A DNA stretch of 64,000 bases from positions 4,030,001 to 4,094,000 of the forward strand of contig OY986948.1 of assembly GCA_963920595.1 (NCBI GenBank), in the 5' to 3' direction. Origin of the DNA: Eimeria praecox (lineage: Eukaryota). Positions 1 to 18,030 of the stretch are shown here, piece by piece. The position numbers and the translations under genes are program-made. The notes beneath the pieces were generated by a model. That model saw only the letters and a list, made by a program, of their open reading frames with translations, made no database searches and was not told the origin of the DNA. Numbering within the stretch: position 1 is the stretch's first letter; each line of letters opens with the position of its first letter.

Positions 1-209
1 CACGAGCCACCTAGCTGCAACTGCAGCAGCAACTGCAGCCGCACCTAAAGCGGCAGCACTAGCAGTAACACTGGTAGTAGCCGGAGCAGATACAGAGGTC
101 ACAGCAGCCGCTTGTAGCAGGAGTGGAGCCCCAGAGATAGACGGTAGCAAGTGCTGCAGTAGCAAATAGTTGGAAGGACCAGGCTCGGTTTGGGAAGGAC
201 AGAAGGCCC

Positions 210-5572
<5,363 letters not shown>

Positions 5573-6384
5573 TCTCCGTTTCACTCTGAGGGAACCTAAA
5601 TCCTATACGTAGCTGTTTAAAACCTTCCCTACGCGTCCCCAGTCCGCCAACGACACAGGGCGGGTTGGGGACTAGGGTAGTGGGGGTATAGTGGGGTTTA
5701 GGGTTTAAGACCAGGGCTTGCCCTGAACCGCTTCAAGGGTTCCCCCTTGCGGTGACGCAATCTTGACTAACTGGGCCCCGTCTGCTCTTCTTAAAACTTC
5801 AACTGCATACGAAACTGGATCCTAGGGCGTAAACCCTGGTCCTTAGTAGCCGCAGAGAATCCTTGGTGGAATCTGCACAGTAGAATGTCAATGTTAAACA
5901 TTGTCTTTGCGATGTTTCAGCACTAAACGGTATTTGCTCACTTACTGGGGGCCCCTATTCCTGGGGGCCGTTAGGGGGGCCTTGGGACGCGAAGGGACCG
6001 GGGGGGCCCCCAGGGCTGAGGCAGAATACCGCAGGCTTTCAGCTAACACTTGAAGATAAAACAGAAGTGTGAAGCCTTTATAACAAACTGTAAGCCAGTG
6101 CCTGACGTGTGCCACCTCAGGTGAATGTACACTGCAAGGGCGATGAGGGGCAAGGCAGTAGTGAGCAAAGACAATACGACACTTTCTACAGAAGGGCTTA
6201 GGGTTTTGTTGAGAATCTAAAATGCGCTAGAATGGGACCAGCAAGATATGATAAAGCCCTTCACTATTAATTGGAATCCTGAACTATAACTAATGGCCTG
6301 TGGTGGGATAATCACGGAAGTCTTAACACTTCCTAGCTCACGCGCCTCCAGAGCAACACACCAGCAGCACCGATCCTTTCGCCC

Positions 6385-9176
6385 ATGTACTTGCTTCTCC
6401 CACTTCTTCTGCTGTTGGTGCAGCAACAGCAGCAGGCAAAAACTACTGCAGGAGCGAAGTGCCGCTTTAACAGCGGCACCATCATAGCCCCAACCCTCGC
6501 GGGCCCTCCCCCCTCCGGGTTTCTCTATCCAGCAGCGAGGTGGGCCAGGCCTGCATACAGTATCAGCAGTAACGCAAATTGTGTTCGCATTGGTGGCCGC
6601 TCAGGGGTGTACGGGCATCATAACGAGAATCGGAATTTTATCCCAGCGCGATCAGCAGCAGCCAGCAATGCAAATAGCAGCATTGAACAGCAGCAGAAAC
6701 AGCAGCGGCAAGAAGATGAAACACCTCAGATCGACTTGGCTCGTGCGCTGCACCTGCTTGAGGCTGCTAGCTCAGGAAGGCCCCCTATAGGGGCGGAAGA
6801 GGCCATATGGGGCCCCCCGGGTACTGGGGCCCCCCAGAGTCACCCTTCTCAACGGGGCATGGGGGAGAAGAAGCGGCTCGCTGTCATATTTAACTGCATG
6901 CTACATGCATGCGAGCGGCAAGGAGACGCTCTGGGAGGCTTTGAGGTGTACAGACAAATGAAGGCTACCGGGGCGCCGCCAGACGAAGCAACCTTCCACA
7001 GCGTTGCTGCACTCATGGAAAGGGCCGGGGAGTACAATGGGATGCTTAAGGTAGGGTTAAGGGCCAAGGGGTTTTGGTTAACTGTTTAGGGTTACGGGTT
7101 TAGGTTGACGGGTGTACGCGTAAGTGTTAAGGGCTTAGATTAGAGGGTTTGCGCTTAAACCGTTGTTTAGGGTTCAGAATTTCGTGCTCGATAGCTATCT
7201 TCCGGATTTCGCTCTAAAGCCTTTGGTTTAGATTTTAGGGTTTAGGGTTTAGGATTTAGGATGTAGGGTGTGTGCAGCTGCTGGAACACATCGAGGCAGA
7301 AGGTCACGAGCCTTCCTTGGCGGTTCTAGGCCTTGCTATCAGCTGCTGCAGCAAAGCGGGAGCTGCAGATGCCGCTCTACAGCGAGCGCAGCAGCTGCAG
7401 CGGCGAATCCGTGTTGCTGCAGCTGCGGCTGCCCCGGCAACAGCAGCGGATGTCGCTGCTGCTAGCGCTGGGCTGCAGCAGGAAGCCTATGCTGTGGCGA
7501 CGGCCGCAGAGGCACTGCAGCAAGCACTTCCTTCGAGCGTCTACGCAGCTCTTGTTTGCTGCTGTGCAGCAACCGGCAGATATGACAAGGCTGTCGAACT
7601 GTACTCGGAGTATGCTGCTCTAAGACAGCACCAGGAGGTGCTGCAACAGCGTTTGGCCCGGCATAAGCAAGTACAACGACAGCAGCAACAGCAGCAACAG
7701 CAGCACAACCAAGAGTCGAAGGAGCTGGAGCCTGAAGTGCTGCAGCACCTCCAGCAGCTGCTGCAGCGGGATTCATACCTGCCAAATGCAGTAGTGGCGA
7801 ACGCAGCTATTGCTGCTGCTGCAGCAACTGGGAGGTTGCAGCTGGCCATGTCTATCTACAGGCGTGATTTGCTTCAGTTGCAGCAGCAGCAACAGCAGCA
7901 CGGACAGGACCAGCTCTCACAAGAGATATTCGGGGTGTGCAGTGCAGCGGAAGCCCACGCCCCAAGCACGCAGACCTTCTTGCTGTTGCTTGGTGCAGCT
8001 GCAGCAGAGCAAAGCAGCAGCACTGTAGACGTGTTGCTGCGCGACTTTGAGGAACAGCAACAGCAGCGACAACAACAGCAGCTTCTGCCTCTCGATACTG
8101 CTGCAGTGTATGCAGCAGCAGCAGAAGCGCTTGCTGCAGGCGGCAGGTGGAGAGACGCGCTGCAATTGCTTCTACACTCGCATGCTGAAATGCAACAGCA
8201 GCAAAAGCAGGCTCTCCAGCAATTGCAACACCTGGTCAGTACACATAAGCTGTTCCACCAGAAACAGCAACACCAGCCGTTGCTTTTGCAGGCCTTTCCG
8301 CCTTCTGGCAGTGTCACTCCATACCTGGCTCTCCTGCGCTCCTGTGCGGCAGCAGCAGCGCCAAGAGAAGCGCTTGGCCTGCTGCGGTTGCTCCAGCAGC
8401 GGCATCAGCAGCAGCAGCAGCTGTTTGCGGTACAGAAGGAATTACAGCAGCAGCAAGACTCTTCAACAGCAGCGGTAGCACCCGTTCCCCCCGAGTTCCC
8501 ATTGGGTGCGTATGCTGAAGTAATGGCAGCAGCCGCAGCGGCAGCAGATTGGCAGTTGCTGCTCTCGGTTGCTGCGGAATTTGAATCTCCGAAAGTCCAA
8601 CAGCAAAGTGCATCAGCAGCAGCAGCAGCCGTTGCTGCTGCTGCTGCTAGCGCAAGCCGAACTACCGAAGACTCCGAGTTGCCCGCTGCCGATGCTGATG
8701 CTGCACGGCGTGACGGAGCAGCGGCAGCAGTTGCTGCAGCAAGGGCTAGTGCTGCATTGTCGCAGCAGCACATACCCCTGGAGCACAGGGTGCGTGTTGC
8801 AGCCTTAAAGCTTAAGGCACTGCTTCATATTGGTAGCCATACCGCGGCGGCAAACCAGAGGCAGAAGCTGCTGCTGTTACTTGACAGCAGCAGCGGCAGT
8901 ACCACATTGCCGCAGGGAGGGTCCGCTGATACGCTTGCTGCGCAGCAGCAACAAGATCCTGAGGACGATCCCCTTGTTCATGAGGCCTTGAAGCTCTCGG
9001 AGAAGCTCCTTGGTCCACTGCAGCAGCAGCAGAAGCAGCAGCAGCCCGGAGGCTCGCGAATGTCGCTGCTCCAGAGCCAGGCCCACCAGGAGCTGCAGCG
9101 GCAGCATCACCAAGAGATGATACTGCAGCAAATCCGGCAACACGAACAGCAGCAAAAGCAGCAGCAGCAACCGTAG
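6385..9176 (+). CDS. Pentatricopeptide-repeat (PPR) protein with signal peptide and transit-like leader; probably apicoplast-targeted
   Basis: Exon 1 is 6385-7050 (AAG|GTAGGG) and exon 2 is 7278-9176 (TGTGCAG|CTG). PPR-like motifs: VIFNCMLHACERQGDALGGFEVYRQMKATGAPPDE, ATFHSVAALMERAGEYNGMLKLLEHIEAEGHEPSL, SVYAALVCCCAATGRYDKAVELYSEY, VVANAAIAAAAATGRLQLAMSIYR. The hydrophobic N-terminus MYLLLPLLLLLV is followed by a basic, acid-poor stretch. Confidence 0.8.
7051..7270 (+). repeat. Degenerate interstitial telomere-like (TTTAGGG) cluster filling the PPR intron
   Basis: TTTAGGG TTTAGGG TTTAGGA TTTAGGA at ~7234-7261, plus variants. Smaller clusters at ~535-550, 1757-1776, 1880-1895, 5695-5706 and 52278-52292. 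Confidence 0.85.
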
Positions 9177-10589
9177 GAGTGGCAGGAGCTGCAGCAGCAA
9201 CAGCCCGACTGCTCCGTAGCAGAATGCAGCCACATTGGGGCCCTTGTGGCCTAGGCCAGGGCACAGAGGACCCCCGCAAGTAGTGTGGGTTGTGGGGGGA
9301 AATGCAGCAGCGGCAGCCCCTGCTGCTGCTGCCAGTGGTAAGGGTGAAAGCAGGTGGCAGCCGAGCCGTTGCTTTATTGCAGTAAGGAAATCCACTGGGG
9401 CTCCAGACGTGCAGAGGATGCCTCACTATGCGAGACCCGGCTAGTCTTTGTTGTGCTGCAGCTTTCTGCACACTTTTCTCTTGTTCGTGTTTGTTTGGCC
9501 TTCCTGTGTCTGTCTCCGGCGCTTTGTCTCTTCCCGTGGCGTTCTCTGTCCGCCGTCCTTTCCCTGCCCCTTACCTCATTACATTGCTCAGTTCTGCCTC
9601 CCTCCTGTTCCTCAAAGCATTGATTCCGTCCCTAAGTCTGCTCCCTTGTCTCACGCATCCCGTCGGCGCGCATTTGTGTTCGTCAATAGGGCCTTCTCAT
9701 GGTAGCTTCCCGGTGCGCGCTTGTCTGCTCGCTCTTTTGATCATTGGGCGTACGAACAGCTGCAAGGTGTCTGCAGCTGGACAGTGTTCGTTGCTTTTGT
9801 TTTCTGCCCGTAGAAATTTCGCTTTCCAGTGAGTCGTAATTACCCAGCACCTGCCTCCATGGCACGAGTCAGCGCGCGCTGGCAAGCCTTCCAGTGTACA
9901 TATAGCACCAGACAGAAGCAGTGGCAGCTTCTAGATGGAAGCACCGACCAATGTGCAGCACAAAGGGCCCTGTTCGTCCTTCTGTATCCTTTTCCCCTCT
10001 GCGGAGACAGTTGAATGGCTAAGTAGCGAATGCGCATTCCCTCTAAAGGACGAAACCCGCTGCGTTACCCGCGACGTGCCTCCGGTGTACGCACAGCTCA
10101 TCTTTTGGCATGCTTGCTCATGAGCCAACTCAGTGTATTCGTTTGCAGTTCGTTACACGGTGCCGGGTGCGCGTATATCCCCATCGCACTGCCTACTCCT
10201 GTGGCAAGCCTAAAACGTGTCCTACGTACTGCCCTAGATACATTATTGCTGGCGCTGCGATGTGCTTGTACTCCACCCACACACTAGCTTGCGCACAAAT
10301 GCATCGCCTCCCACATCAGTTAACGGTATTTAAAAGCACGTAAACCTTTAAAACAGCGGCAGTACAGCCGCAACCACAAAGGGGTGCAGAGACGGGTAGG
10401 CCGGGGCGAGTCTAAATGTGCTCGTGCGTTTGTGCAGTGCACGATTTTGCTTCCCCCACGCCAATACAAGTGCAGTGTGCATGCACTGCATACACGCATC
10501 GTATGCACTCCTTTATTGCACCTGAATCTGGATTGCCATTTCGTTCGCTTTGCTTGTTGCCTCCCCCCCCTCCCGTTCACCGGTGTGCT

Positions 10590-13500
10590 TCACCAACGAG
10601 CGCCAACCGGCAAGAACGTCGTGGGCCGCTGCGGCAGCGCAGGCAGTGGCCTCGGCTGTCGTTTCTGCAGAACGGAGGAAAACACGCATGCAGAGCTGCA
10701 TCTATTATATTGCATGTGCTGAAAGAGACCACTGACGCATCTAGGATGTCGACGCAAAAAAACGCGGACTCATCTGAGCTGTACAGGCAACAGCTTTGGA
10801 TGGCAGTGCGCCGAAAACCACTAATCCCCATTTATGCATGTCTTGAACACGCTACCTTCTAAACTGTAAGCCGTTAGTATACAGCTTGAAACTTGTGAAC
10901 TATGACTTAGAGCTTGGCTTTTATAGCCTAGGGTTATATTACTGAGAAGAAGATTTGCATGGTGTACACCTTCTTTTCCGCGTCCCACGCCGCGTGGTGC
11001 CGGGGGTCATCTCTGTCTATCTCCATATTGGGGATTTTAAACGCTGCGCAAGCAAACCAAGCAACATGAAAACTTGAAATTTTGGTGTACGTGCACCGTG
11101 TAGCGGGCAAGCGGAACATTCCCTGCAGTTCTCCATGCGATGTACACAAATACGTGAATACCAGTGCTAAGGCACCATGCACGCAATGAGCACTGCACAC
11201 ATGAAAATACACGAGACGGGAAGCTCTCTGAAAAACCATCCCACGGGATCCTATACTTATAGTGCATGACCGTCAACCTTCGCGGCGGGCATCATGGTAC
11301 ATCCCGAGTCTAATAAATACTTTTCCTTCTTACATGAATGAAAACTAAACAGGTGGTCGCCTCTAAAGCGTACGCCCCACAAAGGAGTACCGTCACACTA
11401 CGGTATCAAATACAGTCTGCTGGGGCTACAAGCTTGCCCGGAAATTAACTATGAGCTCAAAAACGAAGCAAGGCCGCTGCCATTGCTAGTGTCGCTGTTG
11501 CTATTGCTACTGCTAGTACTACTGTTGCTGCTACCGCCGCTGCACACTATCACCACCGGGGAGACAGACCAATGGTCTCGTAGGGCTCCGCAGCGAAGAG
11601 CAGGAATTGATAGTTCCCATCTGGGGGAGTTTCGACGCGCTGTTCAAAGGCGGACATAAACCTGTGCAAAACGGAACGAAAAGCAGTCAAAAGTCGCGTG
11701 CTACAGGAGTAGCAAGGCCATGATCGGGTGTAAGAAGACACCACGCAAATGGCCTTATGAGCAGGCGCTAGAGCTGCCCAAGCACAGCAAAACAAACTCA
11801 AACGGTAAAGGCTTTCACAAAAGGAACTCATGTAGCACAGCCCCAAATCTACAACAGCAAGGGAGCCCCCCTTCGGCATGTGTGGGTAGTGTAGGTAAAC
11901 TCCAACAGGTAAAGCTTAACAGGGGAGCATCCACGAAAATGCCCGCATACACAAAGGTAGAACTCATATGCACCCTACCACGAGACCTATCAACAGCTGC
12001 TCACTTCATGCCAGAATTTTCTTACGCAAGCAGCCCTGCCTGGCTTTGCACCTCCTCCTCAGACATGATGGTGCACAAGCGTATGTTCGGAACCCGCAAA
12101 GAGAACCACACCACCACCCATGTGTACACATACCCAGCCCTCGTGCACGTAACTGTACTCATCTGTGCGTATACCCGTTCACACATCATTTCATACGCCT
12201 GTACACTGTGTACATACTTGTCAGGGGGAATCGCGCGTATCTAAATCTGTGTCAGTGCCTGCATAGTGGCGCTGCTACACTGGTGCTACTGCTGCTACTG
12301 CTGCAAGGCCATGTTCTTGCTGCGCGTTACCTGTGGTAGGGCTTGGTGCCCCTCACGATTTCCGGGTACTCAACTTCACATAGCAGCGCAAACTGACGCG
12401 TCCGCTCATCCCGCAGCTTCGTCACGCGGTAACCAGGACGTCCAATGCGGACTCTGTCTGAACGCCCGGGGCCGCTGGATGTCTGCAGCAGCAACAGCAG
12501 CACTTGAGCAGTAGCCGTACCAGAAGCACCACCAGCAGCTGCAGCAGCAGTTACTGGCGCTGGGGAAAGCAGCAGCAGCACAGCCAGCAGCGGAAACAGC
12601 AGCAATAACAGTACCAGTAGCACAAATGCAGCACCTACACTCGCAAGAGCAACAATTCGGAAGCCAGTTCAGCAATTCCGGGTGCAGCGGCGACAGCCAG
12701 TGGCCCAAAAGCCTCAGCCAGACCAGCAATCCGGCCAGAGCAACGCACCTTGAGTGGCATGGGGGCGACAACGGCATCAGCCTTTTCCTTTGCAAGTCTT
12801 CTAGAGAGGTTTGTCTGGTGCTTTTTGCCCTGTGTATGCGACAGATAAGAACCCTCGTTTGTGTGCAGTGTCAAACACAGCCGGCACTCGAATTGGCCTG
12901 AAAAGAGCAACAGACCGCAGGACCAAGAATAAGAACAGCAACAGCACGAACCACAGCTTCCGCACGTGTGAAAAAGAGAACGGCAATGCTCATGAATATC
13001 GCTAAGTCGGACAAAACCAAAAGCAGCAGGTACGAGAACTGCAACAATGGTGGCAGGAGTGCAGAAAGGACGCCATCGGCAAGAGCAATAATACCACCAA
13101 GAACTAAAGCAGCACGGCTAACGAGAATGGCAAAGACAGCAACGGCATCAACAGGTACACTAACGGCTATAGCCACAACAGCCAGAGATATAGCAAAAGA
13201 AGCACTAGATTACAGAATCATGTGCTCAAGATATGGATGTGTCAAGCGGAGTCTTGGACAAAAGTGTGCCTCGCAGAGCAAGGACAGGTGCCAGGGATCA
13301 AGCGCTAATTCTGATCCTGTTATCTCCGCTGTGGTGTTGCCATTCTAAGTGAGGCTTGTTAATGCAGCAGTTTCTGCTGCAGCCACTCCAACCTCAGCAG
13401 GGGCAGCCGTTCTTGTTTCTGATGCTGCTTACCCAGATGATTGCGCATGAAGTATGGGTCTTTGTTAAGATCTATCGTCTCCAAGGCCAGCCTACGGAGC

Positions 13501-13814
13501 CTTTCCTTCCGCTCTAGATTTACCTCCTGCACGAACACACGAATGCTCTTAACTGTTGCGCTTACACCCACCTCAACCCTGTAGATCGAGCATTCAACGA
13601 CCCGAGTACAGAGCCGGCACAAAACCGGAACATGCCGTGTATGCTGCTGTTTCTGTTGTTGCTGTTGCTGGCGCTTCTGTTGGTCTTTTCATGAGTGCGC
13701 CAACGGGTGTGCCTCTCAGGGCCTGCTTCTGCCCTTCACGTAAGCGGTGCTGACCTGCCAAGTGGCGGGGGCGCCAGAGCCGAGCTTATGCCCGACTCTG
13801 TTCTGGTAGTCCAT
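10590..13814 (-). CDS. SF3A2: Splicing factor 3A subunit 2 (SF3a66/Prp11)
   Basis: Exons 13814-13755, 13526-13433, 12897-12749, 12482-12331, 11661-11570, 11043-10943 and 10664-10590. Motifs: MDYQNRVGHK.GSG, RKERLRRLALETIDLNKDPYFMRNHLG, the U1-type zinc finger ECRLCLTLHTNEGSYLSHTQGKKHQTNL, IGRPGYRVTK, RFMSAFEQRVE, YQFLLFAAEPYETIAFKIPN. Confidence 0.96.
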
Positions 13815-15034
13815 ATAAACCGACATTTTCGCGGCAGGTCAGAACGAGTTTAAGCCTGCTACTTCAGTTGCCTTGCGGCCAGGGACCCCTGTGGAGCCCT
13901 CGGACGAACTCAGAGGGTAGCAACGTAGGAAAAAATAGAGTAAAGTAGAATAAATAGGAATATGCCGGAAAGGTCTAGCTTTGGTACTTCTGCTTCCCTT
14001 TTGATCAGGGGTTGCATGCAGCAGCGCCTTGGCTTCTGCTGACAGGCAGAAGAGCGGTGTAGCGGTTGCACAACTAGGTCTCCACGAATGTGAGTTAAGA
14101 ACTGAAATAAGCATAAAATATGGATACATGAACTGCTAAACGAAATAAATATGAAGGGTGGATCGCCCAAGCCGTCTGCCGTTGTCAAGTGTGGCGTTAC
14201 TACTGCACGGCTGCTCGTGGGCGAGGCAGGGTCTGCCAATAGGCATGAGGAATACCAATATTTATCAGTTGATTACTGTTCTGTTGGGTGCATCTCAAAG
14301 AGGTTCCGTAACATTTAAGTGTGGGGCTTCTTCGAGCCGGGAGCTGCAGTGGTGGCGCAGGGCGTAGTTGTGTCCAGCAGAAGCTGGCAGAGGCACGGTA
14401 TGTGAGTACGTTTGCGCATATTCTGGCTGTTGAAAGCCAAACAGAGGCGGAGATGTTGTGTACGTTGTTGGTGTATGCACAGAAAAAGGGGTTCGGCTAG
14501 CTTCCGCCACACAACTGTGTGTGCGATGTTCGTGTCTGCGCCTGTACTCGTTTATTAGTTGGTTGCGGGGGATTAAGTGCTTAGCGGCTATGTAAACTAC
14601 AGTTATAATGCCATCCCATGCTGCAGAAGGGGCTTTGGCTGTTCATGCATATCGGGCTGCCTGCCCTACAGCCCTAGCTACAATGAAGTGTGGCGCAGCG
14701 TGTGACATGGTAACAGTGCCTGCACCAGCCCAAAGCCGTTTGGCCGGTTTCCCGGGATGTTTGGAGGACGGAAGCTGTGCCAGTTACGCTTGCGAAGTTG
14801 TTCTTTAAGTCTTTGGCGGTACCGAAACTTTCGACTGTCCTGGGCATGATCGAGGACTCTCGTTGCACGTGGGAACACCGCATGAAGCCCATGGCTCATT
14901 GGGGCATGGACGACAACCGAGCGTCATCCCCCCTGTAGGCAGCACTGACGCATTGCAATGACCAGCAGCGAAGAGGCCTGCAAAACATCGAAGGGAAATG
15001 TCTTAAAGACTGTATTTGCTGCAGGAAGTCCCTC

Positions 15035-18030
15035 AAATTTTCAGCCACTCTACCCACGCATATTAAAGGTTAATCAGGATGTGCCCTCCGGCATGCAAGC
15101 GGCCAAACGAGGGGCGCCTCATCGCACTGAAATAAGCATAGTATGTGTATAGTATCCAGCAAAAAGTGTCTACAAAAACCAGCAGTTAATGAGAGTGCTT
15201 CCACCCAGGCAGACCTTACCAATGTTACGGGGGTCGCGCGACATAGGCACCGGGGATGTCCATACTTCCCTGGAGCTGTACGTCCATCTTCAAAGTGGGA
15301 GAGAACTACTTGTGTCTTGCAATGGTCTCGCGTAGAATGGGAGGCACGACGATAGTGATTATATCGATTATATCTAGGCAAACGCACAGTACTGCCAGAA
15401 CGCATTAGGGCTACGAAAGCTTCCCGGCATTCCCAGCAAGGTATATTTATTCCCAAACATGCAAGAGAGCAGGCTATGAAAGAAGTGAGGGAACATAAGC
15501 AAGGGGTGATGTGGATAGAACGTTTCATCTATAATTATCAGTCGTCGGCGAGCGGAAGTCTGCCGCTGTACTTTTTATCTTCCATATCAATGATCCATAT
15601 GAGAGGTGTCATCCGGAGAGAGGCAGTCGGTAACCGGCTGTGCCGGTTAAGAGAAGGAGCTAAGGAGTGAAGTACTGGAACTCTTCGGGATGATGGAGAA
15701 CTTGAATAACAGAAGGCGAAGAAGCGCCACTCCCATCGCCCTAACTGACAAGGAATAAAGTGGGTTTGGAAATTACCCAGAAACAGTGTGTATGGATATT
15801 GGAACTGTGAATGCCAGCCGATGAGGGGGCAAAGGGCAGTTGGAGAGTCTGGCAAGCACGCATAATCCCAACTTGCAGAGGGGATGAAAAGCGCTAAGGG
15901 ATTGGGAAGGCAAGATGCCATCAGCGCCGCCAGGAGGATAAAAAGTCAATCAGCGAAACGAGTTGGCCCTAGGTCGAAGCGCGGCGCAATGATATGCAGA
16001 AAGGAGGGTGCAGGCGCACAATTCAACTCTCCGTTAGTCAACTCCGTGCTTGTCCAAGGTTATACTCACAGTCAATGGTTATTAGTGCTGCTTGACACAG
16101 GCTGCAAGGTGGATATGGCATCTAAAGGTACTGGAGAAAGGCCCAGTACCTATTCATTCGTTGGTGCAATATTTGCAACTACACTTCGTGGATAGAAGAA
16201 AGGTCACGAGGATTTGTACAAGTAGGGTATGCGCATAGGCCTAAACTGGGGGGGCATTTGTGAAATGTCGTATTACCATGGCACGGGGCATGCGCGGGCC
16301 CACCTCATTACAACATAATCCCAGGCATATCCTGTTGTAACTGAGTGCAGGCCTCGCATGCGGCCCCCAGAAGACACAATGGCAGCCTTTTGTGGGGAAA
16401 CAGAAAGGCAATGCAACTGTCGCCTCTCGCAGCGCGATTTGCAAATCCAAAGGGAGAAGATAAATAACTGTGCCAAGAAGGCAGGAGTGAAGAGGCTCCT
16501 ATGCAGTGCGCAAATGTTCCTGGAGAAGAAATGCATGCAGGCTTTGTTAGCACCTCTGGTGACACTGTCTAAAGTTTTTTTTCTCCAGTAGCCTTCAAGG
16601 TCCTGTAATAATTAATGATTTGACCTTGTTTGTTGCAAAGAAGCGGATATGCACCTCGATACTCCCCCACGGCTTTCTGACTGCCGACTTCGCCTGCTGC
16701 TATTCATTTTCCCTCTTTATTGGCGGAGTTGGTATTCCCAGTACCAATCCCCATCGCCTCCATATCTGGGTGTCTTCCAATACACATCGCATCCTCCTCA
16801 GCTAGGAAGGTAGGAACGGCTTTCTTCTGTTTGATCTGTAAGTACTCTATCATCGCGCGAGCTCCATACGCGGATCATTTGGTTACGACTTGCTCCTCTC
16901 CAGCCCTCCTATGTAGCATTCCTACAGAAGCTCCATGCTCACCGTTGGGCTTCTGTTCGCCGAGGGCGTATGCTTCTACTTCTAAAGCTCTACTGGCAGC
17001 TCCCCTTGTTTGAGTTTTCTCAGTTTTGCCCTTGCCTATTTCCTTGCAGCCCTGGATTAAACGCACATCAAAGCGCGTCTCAAAACGATTCGATACGCCG
17101 CATGAGACAAAGAAAAGTGGTACGAAAGTGTAACTCTTGCTTAGAAATAACCAGCAGCGTCGTACCTCCCATCCTAATTAAGTAAGTGCCAAAAAGGACT
17201 GTGGCGCTTCAAGTACACTTTTAAGGCGAGCGTAGCCCTTCAAAGAAGAAAAGGTTTCTGCCACTGACCTCACACTGCAGTACCTGTTTCTTTTTTTGAG
17301 TATCGGCAAAGAACGTGGCATTCTTCATGAATCCTTTCCTCGGGGAAAAACATTTTCGGCTGGATGGGACGCGGAAACTGTTCTTGTGCTAATGAGGCAA
17401 ACTGCCCAGCCACTGGTGACCTGCCTTCCCGACTACAATCCGGTACTTTCTGTCCATGCTTTCGGAGGAAGAAAGGCTGGATCTTTTACAGAGATTTTAG
17501 GCGAAGCATCTTAATGTTTTTTCGCTTCTCCCAGAAATGCACCCTCACGCCTAATCAGTGTTCACCGTCAAGCCGAGACACTAACGATGGTTATTTGCTG
17601 ACCTGCCCCCGAGAAAGTTTGTCTCGTCCGCAGAAGATCACTAGACGCAGAGTGCGAGATGCGGTAAAGTGCTAGAGTATCTGGGCACCCTCACGCCTAA
17701 TCAGTGTTCAGCGTCAAGCCGAGACACTAACGATGGTTATTTGCTGACCTGCCCCCGAGAAGGTTTGTCTCGTCCGCAGAAGATCACTAGACGCAGAGTG
17801 CGAGATGCGGTAAAGTGCTAGAGTATCTGGGCAAAAGCCCTGCCACCCCCACGGTACGTAAGGCATCACTCTGGCCACAGGGAAGAGCATAAAGCGGGCG
17901 CCGTTTTTAAAAAAGCAGCAACATAAAGGATATAGAGGCACCACAGGGGCGCTAAGTCAAGCTAGGGCACTATAGACTGAAGTGGACTCAAAGCAGACGT
18001 TCTAGAACCCTCGCTTCACTTTTCGTAGCT
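15035..18030 (+). repeat. Left arm of a ~3 kb inverted repeat; contains decayed retrotransposon gag-protease sequence (~15.05-16.2 kb) and unassigned sequence
   Basis: The ORF track mirrors exactly (left start + right end = 47854) from ~15476 to ~17514. Gag-like text AREQAMKEVREHKQGVMWIERFIYNYQS and the protease motif LVLLDTGCKVD are present. Confidence 0.93.
17539..17833. repeat. 146-bp near-perfect tandem duplication, present in the left arm only
   Basis: GCACCCTCACGCCTAATCAGTG...GAGTATCTGG occurs at 17539 and 17685. The right arm has a single copy (~30175-30315). Confidence 0.95.

Noticed and set aside
7051..7270. True telomere or chromosome-fusion site
   Set aside because: The cluster is short, degenerate and intronic. 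Such interstitial heptamers are common in Eimeria repeat-rich segments.
7333..9471. Many overlapping poly-A/C/L/S ORFs on both strands
   Set aside because: These are alternative frames of the CAG-rich PPR exon, because CAG/CTG repeats suppress stop codons.
17539..17833. CRISPR-like array or other prokaryotic defence system
   Set aside because: Only two adjacent copies with no spacers, in a eukaryotic intron-containing context. No cas-like ORFs anywhere in the window.
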